From the NCBI GenBank assembly GCA_964487805.1, contig CAZAST010000001.1:1-37091 (forward strand): a stretch of 37,091 nucleotides of DNA. Reading direction: 5' to 3'. Below the pieces are notes generated by a model. It was not told the origin of the DNA. It saw only the letters and a program-made list of their open reading frames with translations, and searched no databases. The DNA is from an uncultured Syntrophaceae bacterium. GTDB taxonomy: Bacteria; Desulfobacterota; Syntrophia; Syntrophales; UBA2210. The position numbers were made by a program, and so were the translations under genes. This document shows, one piece after another, positions 1 through 8,961 of this stretch. The first letter of the stretch is position 1, and each line of letters starts with the position of its first letter.

Positions 1-57
1 CCAAGTTATGACTTGCGCGATGAGGGCTATGATTTTCCTGTTAAGGATCAGATGAAT

Positions 58-426
58 TTATCCTAGAATAATAAACCCCCACTCCCGACACCAGGACAGG
101 AGTGTCCGCTTAAACAAAATCAATGTAAAAGAAAGAGGATTGCGAGTCAATGCCATAATTCCCGACCGATATGAAATGACAGGAGGTACGGTTTCTTTGG
201 ATAGGGGACAGCGGTAGGGGTTTGAAAAAGCTGTAAGAAGAATACACCCACCGGAAGCGCCAATGCTCAGGTCGTCATCTTTGGAGGCGAGGGTTTTTGT
301 TGCCAGTTCGGGGAACATTACCGATGAAACGGTCATGGAATAAAGAGAACCCCGAAATGTTCCAAAATAAGATGAGGGGTTCACGAGTAGAAGAACCATG
401 GCCCGCTTCCAGTAGGCAGTATTCAT
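58..426 (-). CDS. hypothetical protein (122 aa), weakly supported
   Basis: ORF lies 33 nt downstream of, and co-directional with, the Fe-S protein gene. No recognisable motif. It sits in the AT-richer left edge, where the first three 60-nt lines count about 40-47% GC. It may be a chance ORF. Confidence 0.3.
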   Translation of the reverse strand: MNTAYWKRAMVLLLVNPSSYFGTFRGSLYSMTVSSVMFPELATKTLASKDDDLSIGASGGCILLTAFSNPYRCPLSKETVPPVISYRSGIMALTRNPLSFTLILFKRTLLSWCREWGFIILG

Positions 427-458
427 TTGACATAGCCCTGATGTCAGACAAACCTTTG

Positions 459-1331
459 CTATTGAACATCCTGCTTTGCAGGGATTTTGGATTCACATGG
501 GACGCCTGTCTGACAGAGACCGCAGCCATATCCATCAAAGGCATAGTGCGACGTCACATACCCTTTTGTGACCGAGAGGTGTTGGGAGCATAGGTCCTTG
601 TCCTTACCGGATTTCGTGATCGCCCCCACGGGGCATCTCGATATACACTTCCCGCAGATCCCGTGAGAAAAAAAGAGGCAGTATTCATGGTGATCCGTAT
701 ACTTTCGCGGGGTGGGGACAACCGGAACCTCGGCAATAACGGAACCTGCCCGCATTGCCTTGCCTAGGGGCGTGATAAGACCATCACAGAGGCCAAAAGT
801 TCCCAGACCCGACGCATACGCTGCGTGTCGTTCGGACCAGGTTGAGGCGCGGCCATACTTTTCAGATAGTGCTATATTGAATTCGGGCATGAGCACAGGG
901 GCTAGCGCTCTGTACCCTTTAGCATTCAATGATGCCACCACATGTTGACGAAGTTTCGTGTTAGTCTCTTCGCCGAAAATACGGCCGCGTGCCCATCGTT
1001 CAGACGGATACAATGCTTCCTTTCGGTTATCGATCTTCGTTACCGTGTTATGCGGCAGTACCCAACTGATGACGGCAAGGTCTTTCGCTTGTATGGTGCG
1101 ATCCCCGTAGGCAGCAACAAAAAATTCCAAAGGTGTCAAATGAAATGGTCCCACATGATCTTTGAAATCCTCGTACAGGGTATCGTCTCCTCTTGAAAAG
1201 CCTACCAGAGGGGTTCCCCAGGCTTTATCATGGACTTGGTTTTTTAATGTGTTTTCGGGCGACTTTTGAATGTAATCATGAACTATTTTTTCAATCCACG
1301 CTGCATTTCCTAAGGATTCATCCGTATCCAT
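459..1331 (-). CDS. 4Fe-4S cluster protein, epoxyqueuosine-reductase (QueG)/reductive-dehalogenase-like
   Basis: The ORF runs 459..1415 from a GTG. I prefer the ATG at 1331, which has GGAAGGGG about 6 nt upstream. C-terminal CLFFSHGICGKCISRCP (C-X7-C-X2-C-X3-CP) plus CGLCQTGVPC give two Fe-S motifs in the QueG/RdhA-like arrangement. Confidence 0.7.
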   Translation of the reverse strand: MDTDESLGNAAWIEKIVHDYIQKSPENTLKNQVHDKAWGTPLVGFSRGDDTLYEDFKDHVGPFHLTPLEFFVAAYGDRTIQAKDLAVISWVLPHNTVTKIDNRKEALYPSERWARGRIFGEETNTKLRQHVVASLNAKGYRALAPVLMPEFNIALSEKYGRASTWSERHAAYASGLGTFGLCDGLITPLGKAMRAGSVIAEVPVVPTPRKYTDHHEYCLFFSHGICGKCISRCPVGAITKSGKDKDLCSQHLSVTKGYVTSHYAFDGYGCGLCQTGVPCESKIPAKQDVQ

Positions 1332-1428
1332 GAGATCCCCTTCCAAAACAGGTTTGCACGCTGATGACCTGTCATCGGCCCCGAAAGACTGTAAAAACCC
1401 CGAGACAAACTTCACCCTTAAACCGTTT

Positions 1429-1770
1429 TTATATTGTTACCAGATGCTCGCCGTTTTTTAAGATTTCGGTTAAAGGTATCCCCCAATACTTGACTTCAAT
1501 GCCTAACTGTTTCAGGGTTTCCGTAACTCCCAGCTGATCGGCGCAGGCTTTGCACGCCGTAACGTGAACACCCGCTTCCAAGGCTTCCCTGATTTTGTTT
1601 TGGATATCGGGATCCTCGCTGACCAGTTTTGCAGGGGCGCCCCATACTATGAGGGTGACTTTTTCCCACCAACCATGGATGAGGGAATTGACGGTGTACA
1701 TGAACACCATTTTTTCTGCCGTAATCGGATTGTCATTAGTCCACAGGACATAGAGATGTGTCTTTTGCAT
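1429..1770 (-). CDS. DsrE/DsrF-like family small redox protein (113 aa)
   Basis: The ORF extends to 1797, but the ATG at 1770 is preceded by AGGAGGAAATCT. The product (MQKTHLYVLWTND...VHVTACKACADQLGV) has the alpha/beta DsrE-like pattern and a CxxC motif. Confidence 0.7.
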   Translation of the reverse strand: MQKTHLYVLWTNDNPITAEKMVFMYTVNSLIHGWWEKVTLIVWGAPAKLVSEDPDIQNKIREALEAGVHVTACKACADQLGVTETLKQLGIEVKYWGIPLTEILKNGEHLVTI

Positions 1771-1929
1771 AGATTTCCTCCTTTTGTATCTCCTCAAGTG
1801 AGAGAAGAAGAAAAAGCACGTCTTTTATTAAAAAAGTGAATATCCTGCCGGAATCCGTGGGTCAAGTCTTTATTGAAAGATCGAGTGGCGGTCACGATGC
1901 ACAGGCGGTTCTGCTCATTCGTCCGACGT

Positions 1930-1958
1930 AAAAAAGGGCTGCGTGGTTACGCAGCCCC
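1930..1958 (-). terminator. rho-independent terminator downstream of tRNA-Phe
   Basis: Minus strand reads GGGCTGCGT-AACC-ACGCAGCCC followed by TTTTTT. This is a 9-bp GC-rich stem plus a U-tract, 9 nt after the tRNA CCA end. Confidence 0.75.
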
Positions 1959-1966
1959 GGAATGAA

Positions 1967-2042
1967 TGGTGGGTCAGGACAGAATCGAACTGTCGACACC
2001 GGGATTTTCAGTCCCGTGCTCTACCGACTGAGCTACCGACCC
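1967..2042 (-). tRNA. tRNA-Phe (anticodon GAA), CCA encoded
   Basis: The reverse complement is GGGTCGGTAGCTCAGTCGGTAGAGCACGGGACTGAAAATCCCGGTGTCGACAGTTCGATTCTGTCCTGACCCACCA. It has a 7-bp acceptor stem with one G-U pair, a D-arm GCTC/GAGC, an anticodon stem CGGGA/TCCCG with loop CTGAAAA, and a T-arm GACAG-TTCGATT-CTGTC. Length is 76 nt. Confidence 0.95.
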
Positions 2043-2093
2043 ACGCTACATGTCTCAAGAATGTCTGGCTTCTATCCAATACCGATTCCTTTG

Positions 2094-2660
2094 TCAAGTA
2101 TTTTTGCCATCGGAGCGCTCTTCTAGCGGTCTGTCATCTGTGCCCCCGTTTCCCGAAAGAGCGCTCTCTTCCGCAAAGGTGTTGAGCCGATGAGGCTCGA
2201 AAGGAACGTCCGGGATTACTCGATCCTCCACCTCTCCATATCCGCCTGTTCTGATCACGAAGGTCCCCGCAATCTTGTCGTGCCACCCCTGTTTGCGTCC
2301 GTCGAACGCGGCCCACATAAACCCCAGGAAGAACGGGATTTTGGATATGATATATCCCACCCACCGCAGGAAAGCGATTCCCGGGGTCATCCGTTCGCCT
2401 CCCGTCTGCACCACACGGAGGCCGAGCATCCTTTTTCCCGGTGTCTGCCCCGAGATGCCGTGAAAGTAAGTGAAATAAACAGCATTGATGATGAGCGCCA
2501 TTCCGTAATAAGGGATCACCCCTGCCCACGTGCATCCATTGTAGATGGGTATGAGGCGAGTACCTATCAGAGACAGAATGATTGTGAACAAATAGAGGAT
2601 GATCGTGTCGATCGTGAGAGCGGCAAACCTTCTCCAGAAGCCGCCGTAGCGAATAATCAT
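2094..2660 (-). CDS. RDD family membrane protein
   Basis: The N-terminus is YGGFWRRFAALTIDTIIL. Three hydrophobic segments follow, then GWHDKIAGTFV, which is typical of RDD-domain proteins. The start overlaps the rsmE stop by 4 nt (ATGA). Confidence 0.8.
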   Translation of the reverse strand: MIIRYGGFWRRFAALTIDTIILYLFTIILSLIGTRLIPIYNGCTWAGVIPYYGMALIINAVYFTYFHGISGQTPGKRMLGLRVVQTGGERMTPGIAFLRWVGYIISKIPFFLGFMWAAFDGRKQGWHDKIAGTFVIRTGGYGEVEDRVIPDVPFEPHRLNTFAEESALSGNGGTDDRPLEERSDGKNT

Positions 2661-3427
2661 GTGACAATCTCCGGGAGCGTTCCGAAAAGCCCCTTCTCAT
2701 ACTGGAGGATGGAGAGTACGGCAAGGGGTGCCGTCTCGGTCCTCAGAATCAACCTGCCCAGACTTGCCGAAAGGAAGCCTTTCTGCCGGGCCTTCTCGAT
2801 CTCCTCCCATGAAAATCCGCCCTCCGGGCCGATGACGATGCAGAAGCTGTCGGCTCCCGCGTGTTTCTCATCGGTCAGTATCTCGCGCAGACCATGTCGG
2901 TCCTCTCCCTCCCACAGGATGATTCGGAGTGCGCTTTCATCCACCGAGCGGAGCATCTCGTCGAACGATGTGATCCCGCTTACCTCGGGGACGTCCGCTC
3001 TGCCGCATTGTCGGGAAGCCTCAACTGCTACCTTGCCCCACCGCGCGGCCTTCCCTGCGGCCCGGTCCCCCGTGAGCCGGGGGATTGATCGGGAAGAGAT
3101 AAAGGGAATAATCCGGCTGACGCCCAGTTCGGTTGCCTTCTGGATAATGAATTCCATCTTCCCGCCCTTGGGGAGGGACTGGGCAAGCATGATTCGCGTT
3201 ACGGGGAGGATGATGTCCTTTTTCGCGGCCACTTCCAGGCGGACGGTGCCGGGTTCGAATCCCCTGATAACGGCCCGGTATTCATGCCCCACCCCGTCGA
3301 AGAGTATCAGATCATCCCCCTCTCGGAGGCGTAAAACATCGTGCAGATAGACACGATAATCCGCCCCCAGTTCCGCATACGTGCCCTCGTCAAGGGTTTG
3401 GGGATTGTAGATTCGCGGTGTGGCCAC
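2657..3427 (-). CDS. rsmE: 16S rRNA (uracil1498-N3)-methyltransferase RsmE
   Basis: SPOUT/RsmE motifs are present: LPKGGKMEFIIQKATELGVSRIIPF and IVIGPEGGFSWEEI. The ORF is open to the ATG at 3514, but that start would overlap prmA by 37 nt. The GTG at 3427 (VATPRIYNPQ) has GGAGAA 7 nt upstream and gives a typical 256-aa length. Confidence 0.85.
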   Translation of the reverse strand: MATPRIYNPQTLDEGTYAELGADYRVYLHDVLRLREGDDLILFDGVGHEYRAVIRGFEPGTVRLEVAAKKDIILPVTRIMLAQSLPKGGKMEFIIQKATELGVSRIIPFISSRSIPRLTGDRAAGKAARWGKVAVEASRQCGRADVPEVSGITSFDEMLRSVDESALRIILWEGEDRHGLREILTDEKHAGADSFCIVIGPEGGFSWEEIEKARQKGFLSASLGRLILRTETAPLAVLSILQYEKGLFGTLPEIVT

Positions 3428-3477
3428 AGTGTTTCTCCAGGACTGAAAGATGTCGTTTCGGTACGATGCCCGAAGCC

Positions 3478-4407
3478 TTACCCGGCTTCCTTCCTGAAGG
3501 TGTAGCAGACCCATTCTTTTTCGATCTGTGTATTGTGAAGGGTCACACCTCCGTGGCAGAATATTTTTTCCACGTCTTTGGCGTCATGCTCGGTGAGCCC
3601 CGATGCTATGATGTACCCATACGGTTTTGTGAGAGAAAGGAGACGTGTCTGGAGCTGTATGAGTTGTCCCGATATCAGGTTGGCCACTATCAGGTCGAAG
3701 CTGCCTCCGCAGAGAGCTATATCGCGGTTGAGGATCTCGACGCGGTCTTCCACGCCGTTGATGGCAACATTCTTCCCCGCTATCTCAACAGCCTTGGGAT
3801 CTATATCGATCCCCGTCACGGCCCGTGCGCCAAGCTTCGCCGCACATATAGCCAGTATTCCCGTCCCCGTTCCAACATCCATCACGGTTCGTTCTTCGCG
3901 GGAGCTGTCCTTGAGGAGGATCTTTTCAATGGCCACAATGCACATCCTCGTCGAGGGGTGCTGCCCCGTTCCGAAGGCCATCCCGGGATCGATGTCAACG
4001 ACGATATCGTTGCCGGCGGGGGAGTACCGCTCCCAGGTTGGCTTGATGACGATATTGTCGCTCATTCTGAGGGGTTTAAAATATTTCTTCCACTGTTCTC
4101 CCCAATTGGGGTCAACGATGGTTTTCGTTGAAAAGAGGGGTTTTGCCAGTTTGGGGAACAGAGAAGAGATGCTGTCGATATAGGCCGCGATGCGACTCGT
4201 CTCTTTCGTTCCCTTGGGGCTCCAGGGCAGGTAGGCCTTAATCGTTTCCTGCGTTGCGAGCGTACGGCCGTTGAAAGAGTCCTGTACGATCCCTTCCTGA
4301 AACACCCCCCCGGTTCCCATCTCTTCCAGGAAGTTTGACAGCGCCTCTGTCAGCTCAGGCGGAGTCAGGATGGTTATCTCTATCCATTTGTCTTTTGTTT
4401 CAGGCAT
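3478..4407 (-). CDS. prmA: ribosomal protein L11 methyltransferase PrmA
   Basis: 309 aa with a PrmA-like N-terminus (KWIEITILTPPELTEALSNFL), the SAM motif VMDVGTGTGILAI, and AGGAG upstream of the ATG. Confidence 0.9.
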   Translation of the reverse strand: MPETKDKWIEITILTPPELTEALSNFLEEMGTGGVFQEGIVQDSFNGRTLATQETIKAYLPWSPKGTKETSRIAAYIDSISSLFPKLAKPLFSTKTIVDPNWGEQWKKYFKPLRMSDNIVIKPTWERYSPAGNDIVVDIDPGMAFGTGQHPSTRMCIVAIEKILLKDSSREERTVMDVGTGTGILAICAAKLGARAVTGIDIDPKAVEIAGKNVAINGVEDRVEILNRDIALCGGSFDLIVANLISGQLIQLQTRLLSLTKPYGYIIASGLTEHDAKDVEKIFCHGGVTLHNTQIEKEWVCYTFRKEAG

Positions 4408-4599
4408 ATCGTGTCTCCTGTTGTCTGTGGAGAAGCGGGGTTATTTCCCGTAGCGGTGTATCTCGTGAACCGGTTACATTATCCGTGCCAGTATGAATGG
4501 TTAAGGCTATCACCCCTTTCACAAGATTTCAAGCTCCTTGAACTTTCAAAGGCTTCGTGATAATTATTCAATCCCTATTTTTATGGGAGGATGGACTGG

Positions 4600-5247
4600 A
4601 TGGTGTCGTATCCCGTATGTCTCAATATCTCGAATGAGCAATGTGTGGTTGTGGGAGGCGGGGAGGTTGCCGAGAGGAAGGTGATCAGTCTCCTCGAATG
4701 CGGCGCGCACGTGATTCTTGTGGCGAGAACGCTGACCCCGGCCCTTCGCGAGATGAGGGATGCGGGAAGGATAGAACACCGGGCAGATGACTATAAAGAA
4801 GAATATTTAAACGGCGCTTTCCTGGTAATCGGGGCGACCGACCGGGAGGATGTCAACGGGACGGTCTCACAGGACGCCCGCAAGCGCGGAATCCCGGTCA
4901 ATATCGTGGATGACCCCGCCCGGTGCACTTTTACCGTTCCTTCGGTTTTCCGCCGGGGAGATCTCCTGGTCGCCGTGTCCACAGGGGGAAAGTCTCCTAT
5001 ACTGGCCAGGCGAGTGCGGGAGGAGATCGAAAAACGGTACGGCCCTGAATACGAAACGCTCCTTGAGATCATGGGTACCCTCAGAGGGAGAATCATTGCC
5101 CGGGGGACCTCGTGGGAGTACAACAGAGAACTGTTCGAGTCAGTGCTTGATTCCGATATCCTCCGCCATATCAGGGACGGAAGAGAAGGTAGTGTCCGGG
5201 AGATTATCAAGGATCTCACCGGCGAGGATATGGCGGTGGAGTTGTGA
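4600..5247 (+). CDS. sirC: precorrin-2 dehydrogenase / sirohydrochlorin ferrochelatase (SirC/CysG N-terminal-type siroheme synthase)
   Basis: Carries the Rossmann motif VVVGGGEVAERK and the VSTGGKSPILARRVREEIE signature of the Met8/SirC/CysG-N family. The ORF opens at 4591, but the GGAGG at 4586-4590 fits the ATG at 4600 better. Confidence 0.8.
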   Translation: MVSYPVCLNISNEQCVVVGGGEVAERKVISLLECGAHVILVARTLTPALREMRDAGRIEHRADDYKEEYLNGAFLVIGATDREDVNGTVSQDARKRGIPVNIVDDPARCTFTVPSVFRRGDLLVAVSTGGKSPILARRVREEIEKRYGPEYETLLEIMGTLRGRIIARGTSWEYNRELFESVLDSDILRHIRDGREGSVREIIKDLTGEDMAVEL

Positions 5248-5312
5248 GCGCTGCTCCGGTGCATAACTGTCTGCATTCTAAGTGTATGCGGTAACGCTGT
5301 ACGAAGGTATCA

Positions 5313-6128
5313 ATGGCGGAGTTGATTTTTTTCAGGATCGCCCTTGGCGCTTATTTTGTGAGTGCCATGGGGTATATCGCCTCCCTTTTGGCCGGGAGGG
5401 TGCGTGTGGCAAGGACATCCATGTGGGTGTTCGCGCTGGCCTTCGGTCTCCACACGGTGCCCGTGGTCGCGCGGTGGATGGGTGCCCCCTCCGCCCCGTC
5501 TGCAGGTATCTACGGCTCGCTCTCTTTTATTTCATGGGTTGTGTCCGGTTTATACCTTGCTTTTCAGACCAGGACAAAGACGCAAACATTGGGGGCCTTT
5601 GTGTCTCCAACGGTGGTCGTGATGATGATAGCGGCCTCCGCGGGACTGATGGATGAACCCCCGATCCCTCTCGCCCTGCGCGGTCCTCTGGTCACGTTTC
5701 ATATCGTGCTTCAACTCACCGGAGGGGCGTTCTTCGCGCTGGCCTGCCTGGCGGGGATCGTCTATCTGGTGCAAGACAGGCTGATACGGGGGAAAATGGT
5801 GGCCGGTTTCAGCCGTATTCTTCCTCCCCTGGAAGACCTTGATCGAATCAACCACCTGTGCACCGTCTGGGGGTTTACCCTCATGACACTGGGGATTATT
5901 GCCGGATCGATATGGGCCAGGTCGGTCTGGGGGAGTGAATGGCACTGGGATCCGAAACAGATATTCACTGCGGTTTCATGGGTTTTATACGCCGTCCTCG
6001 TTCACCAAAGAGTAGCCATCGGCTGGAAAGGCAGGAAAGCAGCCTTCCTGTCGATTATCGCCTTTGCCGGACTTATCTTTGCCTTCATCGGGGTGAACGT
6101 TTTTTTTGTAACGATGCACCGGTTTTGA
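5313..6128 (+). CDS. CcsA/HemX-like cytochrome c assembly family membrane protein
   Basis: Polytopic membrane protein with the Trp-rich haem-handling motif WGSEWHWDPKQ. Its position immediately upstream of hemA matches hemX in hemAX-type operons. Confidence 0.75.
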   Translation: MAELIFFRIALGAYFVSAMGYIASLLAGRVRVARTSMWVFALAFGLHTVPVVARWMGAPSAPSAGIYGSLSFISWVVSGLYLAFQTRTKTQTLGAFVSPTVVVMMIAASAGLMDEPPIPLALRGPLVTFHIVLQLTGGAFFALACLAGIVYLVQDRLIRGKMVAGFSRILPPLEDLDRINHLCTVWGFTLMTLGIIAGSIWARSVWGSEWHWDPKQIFTAVSWVLYAVLVHQRVAIGWKGRKAAFLSIIAFAGLIFAFIGVNVFFVTMHRF

Positions 6129-6148
6129 TCGGTGCGGGACTTGGAAAT

Positions 6149-7411
6149 ATGACGATAGCCCTTTTGGGAATAAATCACAAAAGCGCTCCTCTCAATATCA
6201 GAGAACGCTTGGCCATATCATGCGGAGAAGGAGGGAAGCCCTTCGAGGAATTAAAGAAGATTCCGAGAATTCAGGAGGTTTTGTATCTTTCTACCTGCAA
6301 CCGGGTCGAAGTGCTCGTGAACATGGAAGATGCGGACGAAGGTCTGGAGGGACTGAAGAAATTCATCACCGCCCATGGGAATCTCTCCTTTGAGGAGATG
6401 GGGAAATGCCTTTATGTGTACCGTGGCGAAGAAGCAGTGCGCCATCTCTTCCGGGTTTCGTCGAGCCTCGACTCTCTGGTCATGGGGGAACCCCAGATCC
6501 TGGGACAGGTCAAAGATGCCTACCGTCTCTGTGTCAAACAAAAAGCTTCCGGCGTCATATTAAACAAACTGCTCCACCATGCCTTTCGAGTTGCCAAGCG
6601 CGTAAGAACCGAGACCGCTATCGCGAGCAACGCTGTCTCCGTCAGCTTTGCCGCTGTCGAGCTCGCTAAAAAGATTTTCGGGAGCCTCCAGGGAAAACAG
6701 GTGCTCCTCATCGGAGCGGGGGAGATGGCCGAGCTCGCGGCGCGACATCTTATGGACAACGGTGTCCAAGGGATGATCTTTATCAACCGTACGTACGAGA
6801 ACGCTGTCAGACTGGCAAATGATTTTCAGGGAACCCCGGTCGAGTTTGATCATATAGACACGCAATTGAGGGAAGCTGATATCGTAATAAGTTCCACGGG
6901 ATCACTGGATTGCATCATACCGGCTGAGATGGTCGAGGCAGCTCTGCGCAGGCGGAAGAACCGTCTGCTGTTCCTCATCGACCTTGCTGTACCGCGGGAC
7001 ATCGACTCCTCCGCCGGTGGTATCGACAATGTCTACCTGTATAATATCGATGATCTCCAGGGGGTAGTTGACCGGAATACGCAGGGGCGGCTCCAGGAGG
7101 CGCGCAAGGCGCAGGCCATCGTTGACGAGGAAGTCGCAAAATTCTCCGAGTGGCGTGCCACTCTTGAGGTCGTGCCGACGATTGTGGACCTGAAGGGAAA
7201 GGCGGAATTGATCGTCAGAGGAGAGATGGAGAAGGCCCACGGGTGGATGAAGGATATCGACGAAGAGGAACGGAAGAATATAGAAATACTTGTGAACTCG
7301 ATTGTCAACAAGATACTTCACGACCCTGTCGTCAGGTTGAAAAAAGAGAGCCGTAACGGTGGAGCAGATCCCTATGTCGCGGCGGTCAAGAAGCTGTTCA
7401 GGCTGACATAG
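6149..7411 (+). CDS. hemA: glutamyl-tRNA reductase HemA
   Basis: The N-terminus MTIALLGINHKSAPLNIRERLA, the catalytic-Cys motif LSTCNRVE and the NADPH motif LIGAGEMAE are all present. The ORF-track extension back to 5939 overlaps the preceding gene and is not HemA-like. Confidence 0.93.
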   Translation: MTIALLGINHKSAPLNIRERLAISCGEGGKPFEELKKIPRIQEVLYLSTCNRVEVLVNMEDADEGLEGLKKFITAHGNLSFEEMGKCLYVYRGEEAVRHLFRVSSSLDSLVMGEPQILGQVKDAYRLCVKQKASGVILNKLLHHAFRVAKRVRTETAIASNAVSVSFAAVELAKKIFGSLQGKQVLLIGAGEMAELAARHLMDNGVQGMIFINRTYENAVRLANDFQGTPVEFDHIDTQLREADIVISSTGSLDCIIPAEMVEAALRRRKNRLLFLIDLAVPRDIDSSAGGIDNVYLYNIDDLQGVVDRNTQGRLQEARKAQAIVDEEVAKFSEWRATLEVVPTIVDLKGKAELIVRGEMEKAHGWMKDIDEEERKNIEILVNSIVNKILHDPVVRLKKESRNGGADPYVAAVKKLFRLT

Positions 7412-7561
7412 AAAATTCGCCACCGCCGTGCTTCCTGATTAGTGCCCTCTCACCGACCCGACCCTTCCCTGAAACTCGGGTTGTGAGTATGGCCCTGCCC
7501 GGTTGTGCGTCCCCGCATTCACGGTGATGAAGGTGTGCAACGGAGGAAGATGGGTGAAAAC

Positions 7562-7604
7562 AAAAAAGGGCATCCGTGGAGACAACCATGGATGCCCTTT
7601 TCTA
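7562..7604. terminator. bidirectional hairpin terminator between convergent hemA and csp
   Basis: AAAAAAGGGCATCCgtggagacaaccatGGATGCCCTTTTCT has a 10-bp stem AAGGGCATCC/GGATGCCCTT. It is flanked by an A-run on one side and a T-run on the other, so either strand sees a stem plus U-tract. Confidence 0.65.
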
Positions 7605-7620
7605 TAACATGCAATGTATA

Positions 7621-7824
7621 TTATTTTATGACCTTGACGTTGGTAGCTGACGGGCCCTTTGCGCCTTGCTCGATGTCGAACGACACGCGCTGATTTTCCT
7701 CCAACGTTCTGAAACCTTCGCTCTGGATAGCGCTGTAGTGAACAAACACATCGCCACCTTCATCATTTTCGATGAAGCCGAAGCCCTTACTTGAATTGAA
7801 CCACTTCACGGTACCTTCAGACAC
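7621..7824 (-). CDS. cspA: cold-shock protein, CspA family
   Basis: 67 aa with RNP1 KGFGFI and RNP2 VFVHY. It has a GTG start with AAGGAGGG 8 nt upstream. Confidence 0.95.
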   Translation of the reverse strand: MSEGTVKWFNSSKGFGFIENDEGGDVFVHYSAIQSEGFRTLEENQRVSFDIEQGAKGPSATNVKVIK

Positions 7825-7996
7825 TATGGCAACCCTCCTTTCGTGATTTTTCTAAAGTAGGATCGCCCGCATGTAAGAAGAACAGAGAAGTCCGAAAATC
7901 CAGATGTCCAAAATTGTTCCTTGAAATGTCTCAATCCTAACTTTATGTGCCCTCCCCCTATCTGTAAGCAAGGGCATCTTCCTAAGCTACCGTGCA

Positions 7997-8024
7997 ACTA
8001 TATAGTATTTTTAAGGTAAGTCAA
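7997..8024 (-). promoter_or_regulatory. sigma70-type promoter of the cold-shock gene (implies ~170-nt 5' leader)
   Basis: Minus strand reads TTGACT (8024..8019), a 16-nt AT-rich spacer, then TATAGT (8002..7997). Confidence 0.5.
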
Positions 8025-8106
8025 GTCATTTTTCATGACATTTTTACCCCTTTTCCTGAATCTTTTTTCTTCGTCTCTCCCGAGAGAAGACAAGCCCCGT
8101 CCGGTC

Positions 8107-8793
8107 TTATCCACCTTCCCGTTTCAACTGTTCAAGAATCCGGGGAATTGTTTCCCCGTCTGCGCACACCTGCCGGATGGCCTTCGAGAGGGTTTTGCTG
8201 ATCTGCTCCCCCAGCATCTCCTCGGAAAAACTGACATGTTCCAGTGAAGACGCCGCTGCCGCCTCCGTCCTGCGGAGTATCGTGGCATTTCGTGCATCCC
8301 CGAAGACCATGGTTAATTTGACATCCGTCCGGTACGTTTTCTTGAAGCCTTCCTTCTGGCAGACGATCTCGAGCCGGTCGATGGAGCCACCGATCAGGAG
8401 GGCGGTTCCCCACAGTTTATCGATAGAGTCGCTTCTGAGATCCCATGCGGGACTCTCCGGGGAGAGGGAATATCCCTCTTCCGCGAGGCATTGCCTGACG
8501 CCGCTGGTAACCGCCTCAGCGGGCCATCTCTCTTTCGGTGTAACGGGGATTTCCCTCCCGTCGGGGTGGGTGACCGTGCCGATGCGTATCGTATCGGCCA
8601 CATCTCTCGCGTCGATGAATGTGGCCACGGTAACGGGAATATTCCCCCCTCTGACGGTGGAAGAAGGGGGTGTGTCCTGGGGCAGGTATTTCATGCTGAT
8701 CGTGTACAGGTTGACGGGGGCGCAGGAGGACAGGAGTATCGTCAACAAAAGCACCAGTCCGGGCGCAACGGCGCACAAGCGAAAACGGTTCAT
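8107..8793 (-). CDS. putative lipoprotein, function unknown
   Basis: The signal peptide ends in the lipobox LLSSC (MNRFRLCAVAPGLVLLLTILLSSC). AAGGAGGG lies upstream of the ATG. I recognise no family motif. Confidence 0.75.
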   Translation of the reverse strand: MNRFRLCAVAPGLVLLLTILLSSCAPVNLYTISMKYLPQDTPPSSTVRGGNIPVTVATFIDARDVADTIRIGTVTHPDGREIPVTPKERWPAEAVTSGVRQCLAEEGYSLSPESPAWDLRSDSIDKLWGTALLIGGSIDRLEIVCQKEGFKKTYRTDVKLTMVFGDARNATILRRTEAAAASSLEHVSFSEEMLGEQISKTLSKAIRQVCADGETIPRILEQLKREGG

Positions 8794-8961
8794 GGCGATC
8801 CCTCCTTCTCAAGTTTCTCTTTTTCCATGTACTGTACGTAAGTAATTTCCCGCTGTCAACCGGAAATGGAGAAGAAAAAGGGATGATGAAGGGAGGATCG
8901 CTTCTGAGGCGTTGCCTTATTTCTTCAAAATGTGGTACGGTCCACCTCGGGGGATCGGGGT

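Noticed and set aside
1-66. Possible 3' end of a plus-strand gene entering from the left (PSYDLRDEGYDFPVKDQMNLS-stop).
   Set aside because: Only 21 codons are visible, with no motif. It cannot be supported from this window.
1800-1966. tRNA-Phe 3' flank considered as a genomic-island junction.
   Set aside because: There is no integrase, no direct repeat of the tRNA 3' end, and no mobile-element gene in the visible flank.
2190-3350. 386-aa plus-strand ORF.
   Set aside because: It is antisense to the well-supported RDD and rsmE genes. The Ser/Arg/Pro-rich translation is typical of a shadow ORF in GC-rich DNA.
5939-6148. N-terminal 70-codon extension of the hemA ORF.
   Set aside because: It overlaps the 3' end of the ccsA-like gene in another frame and is not HemA-like. 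The conserved HemA N-terminus starts at the ATG at 6149.
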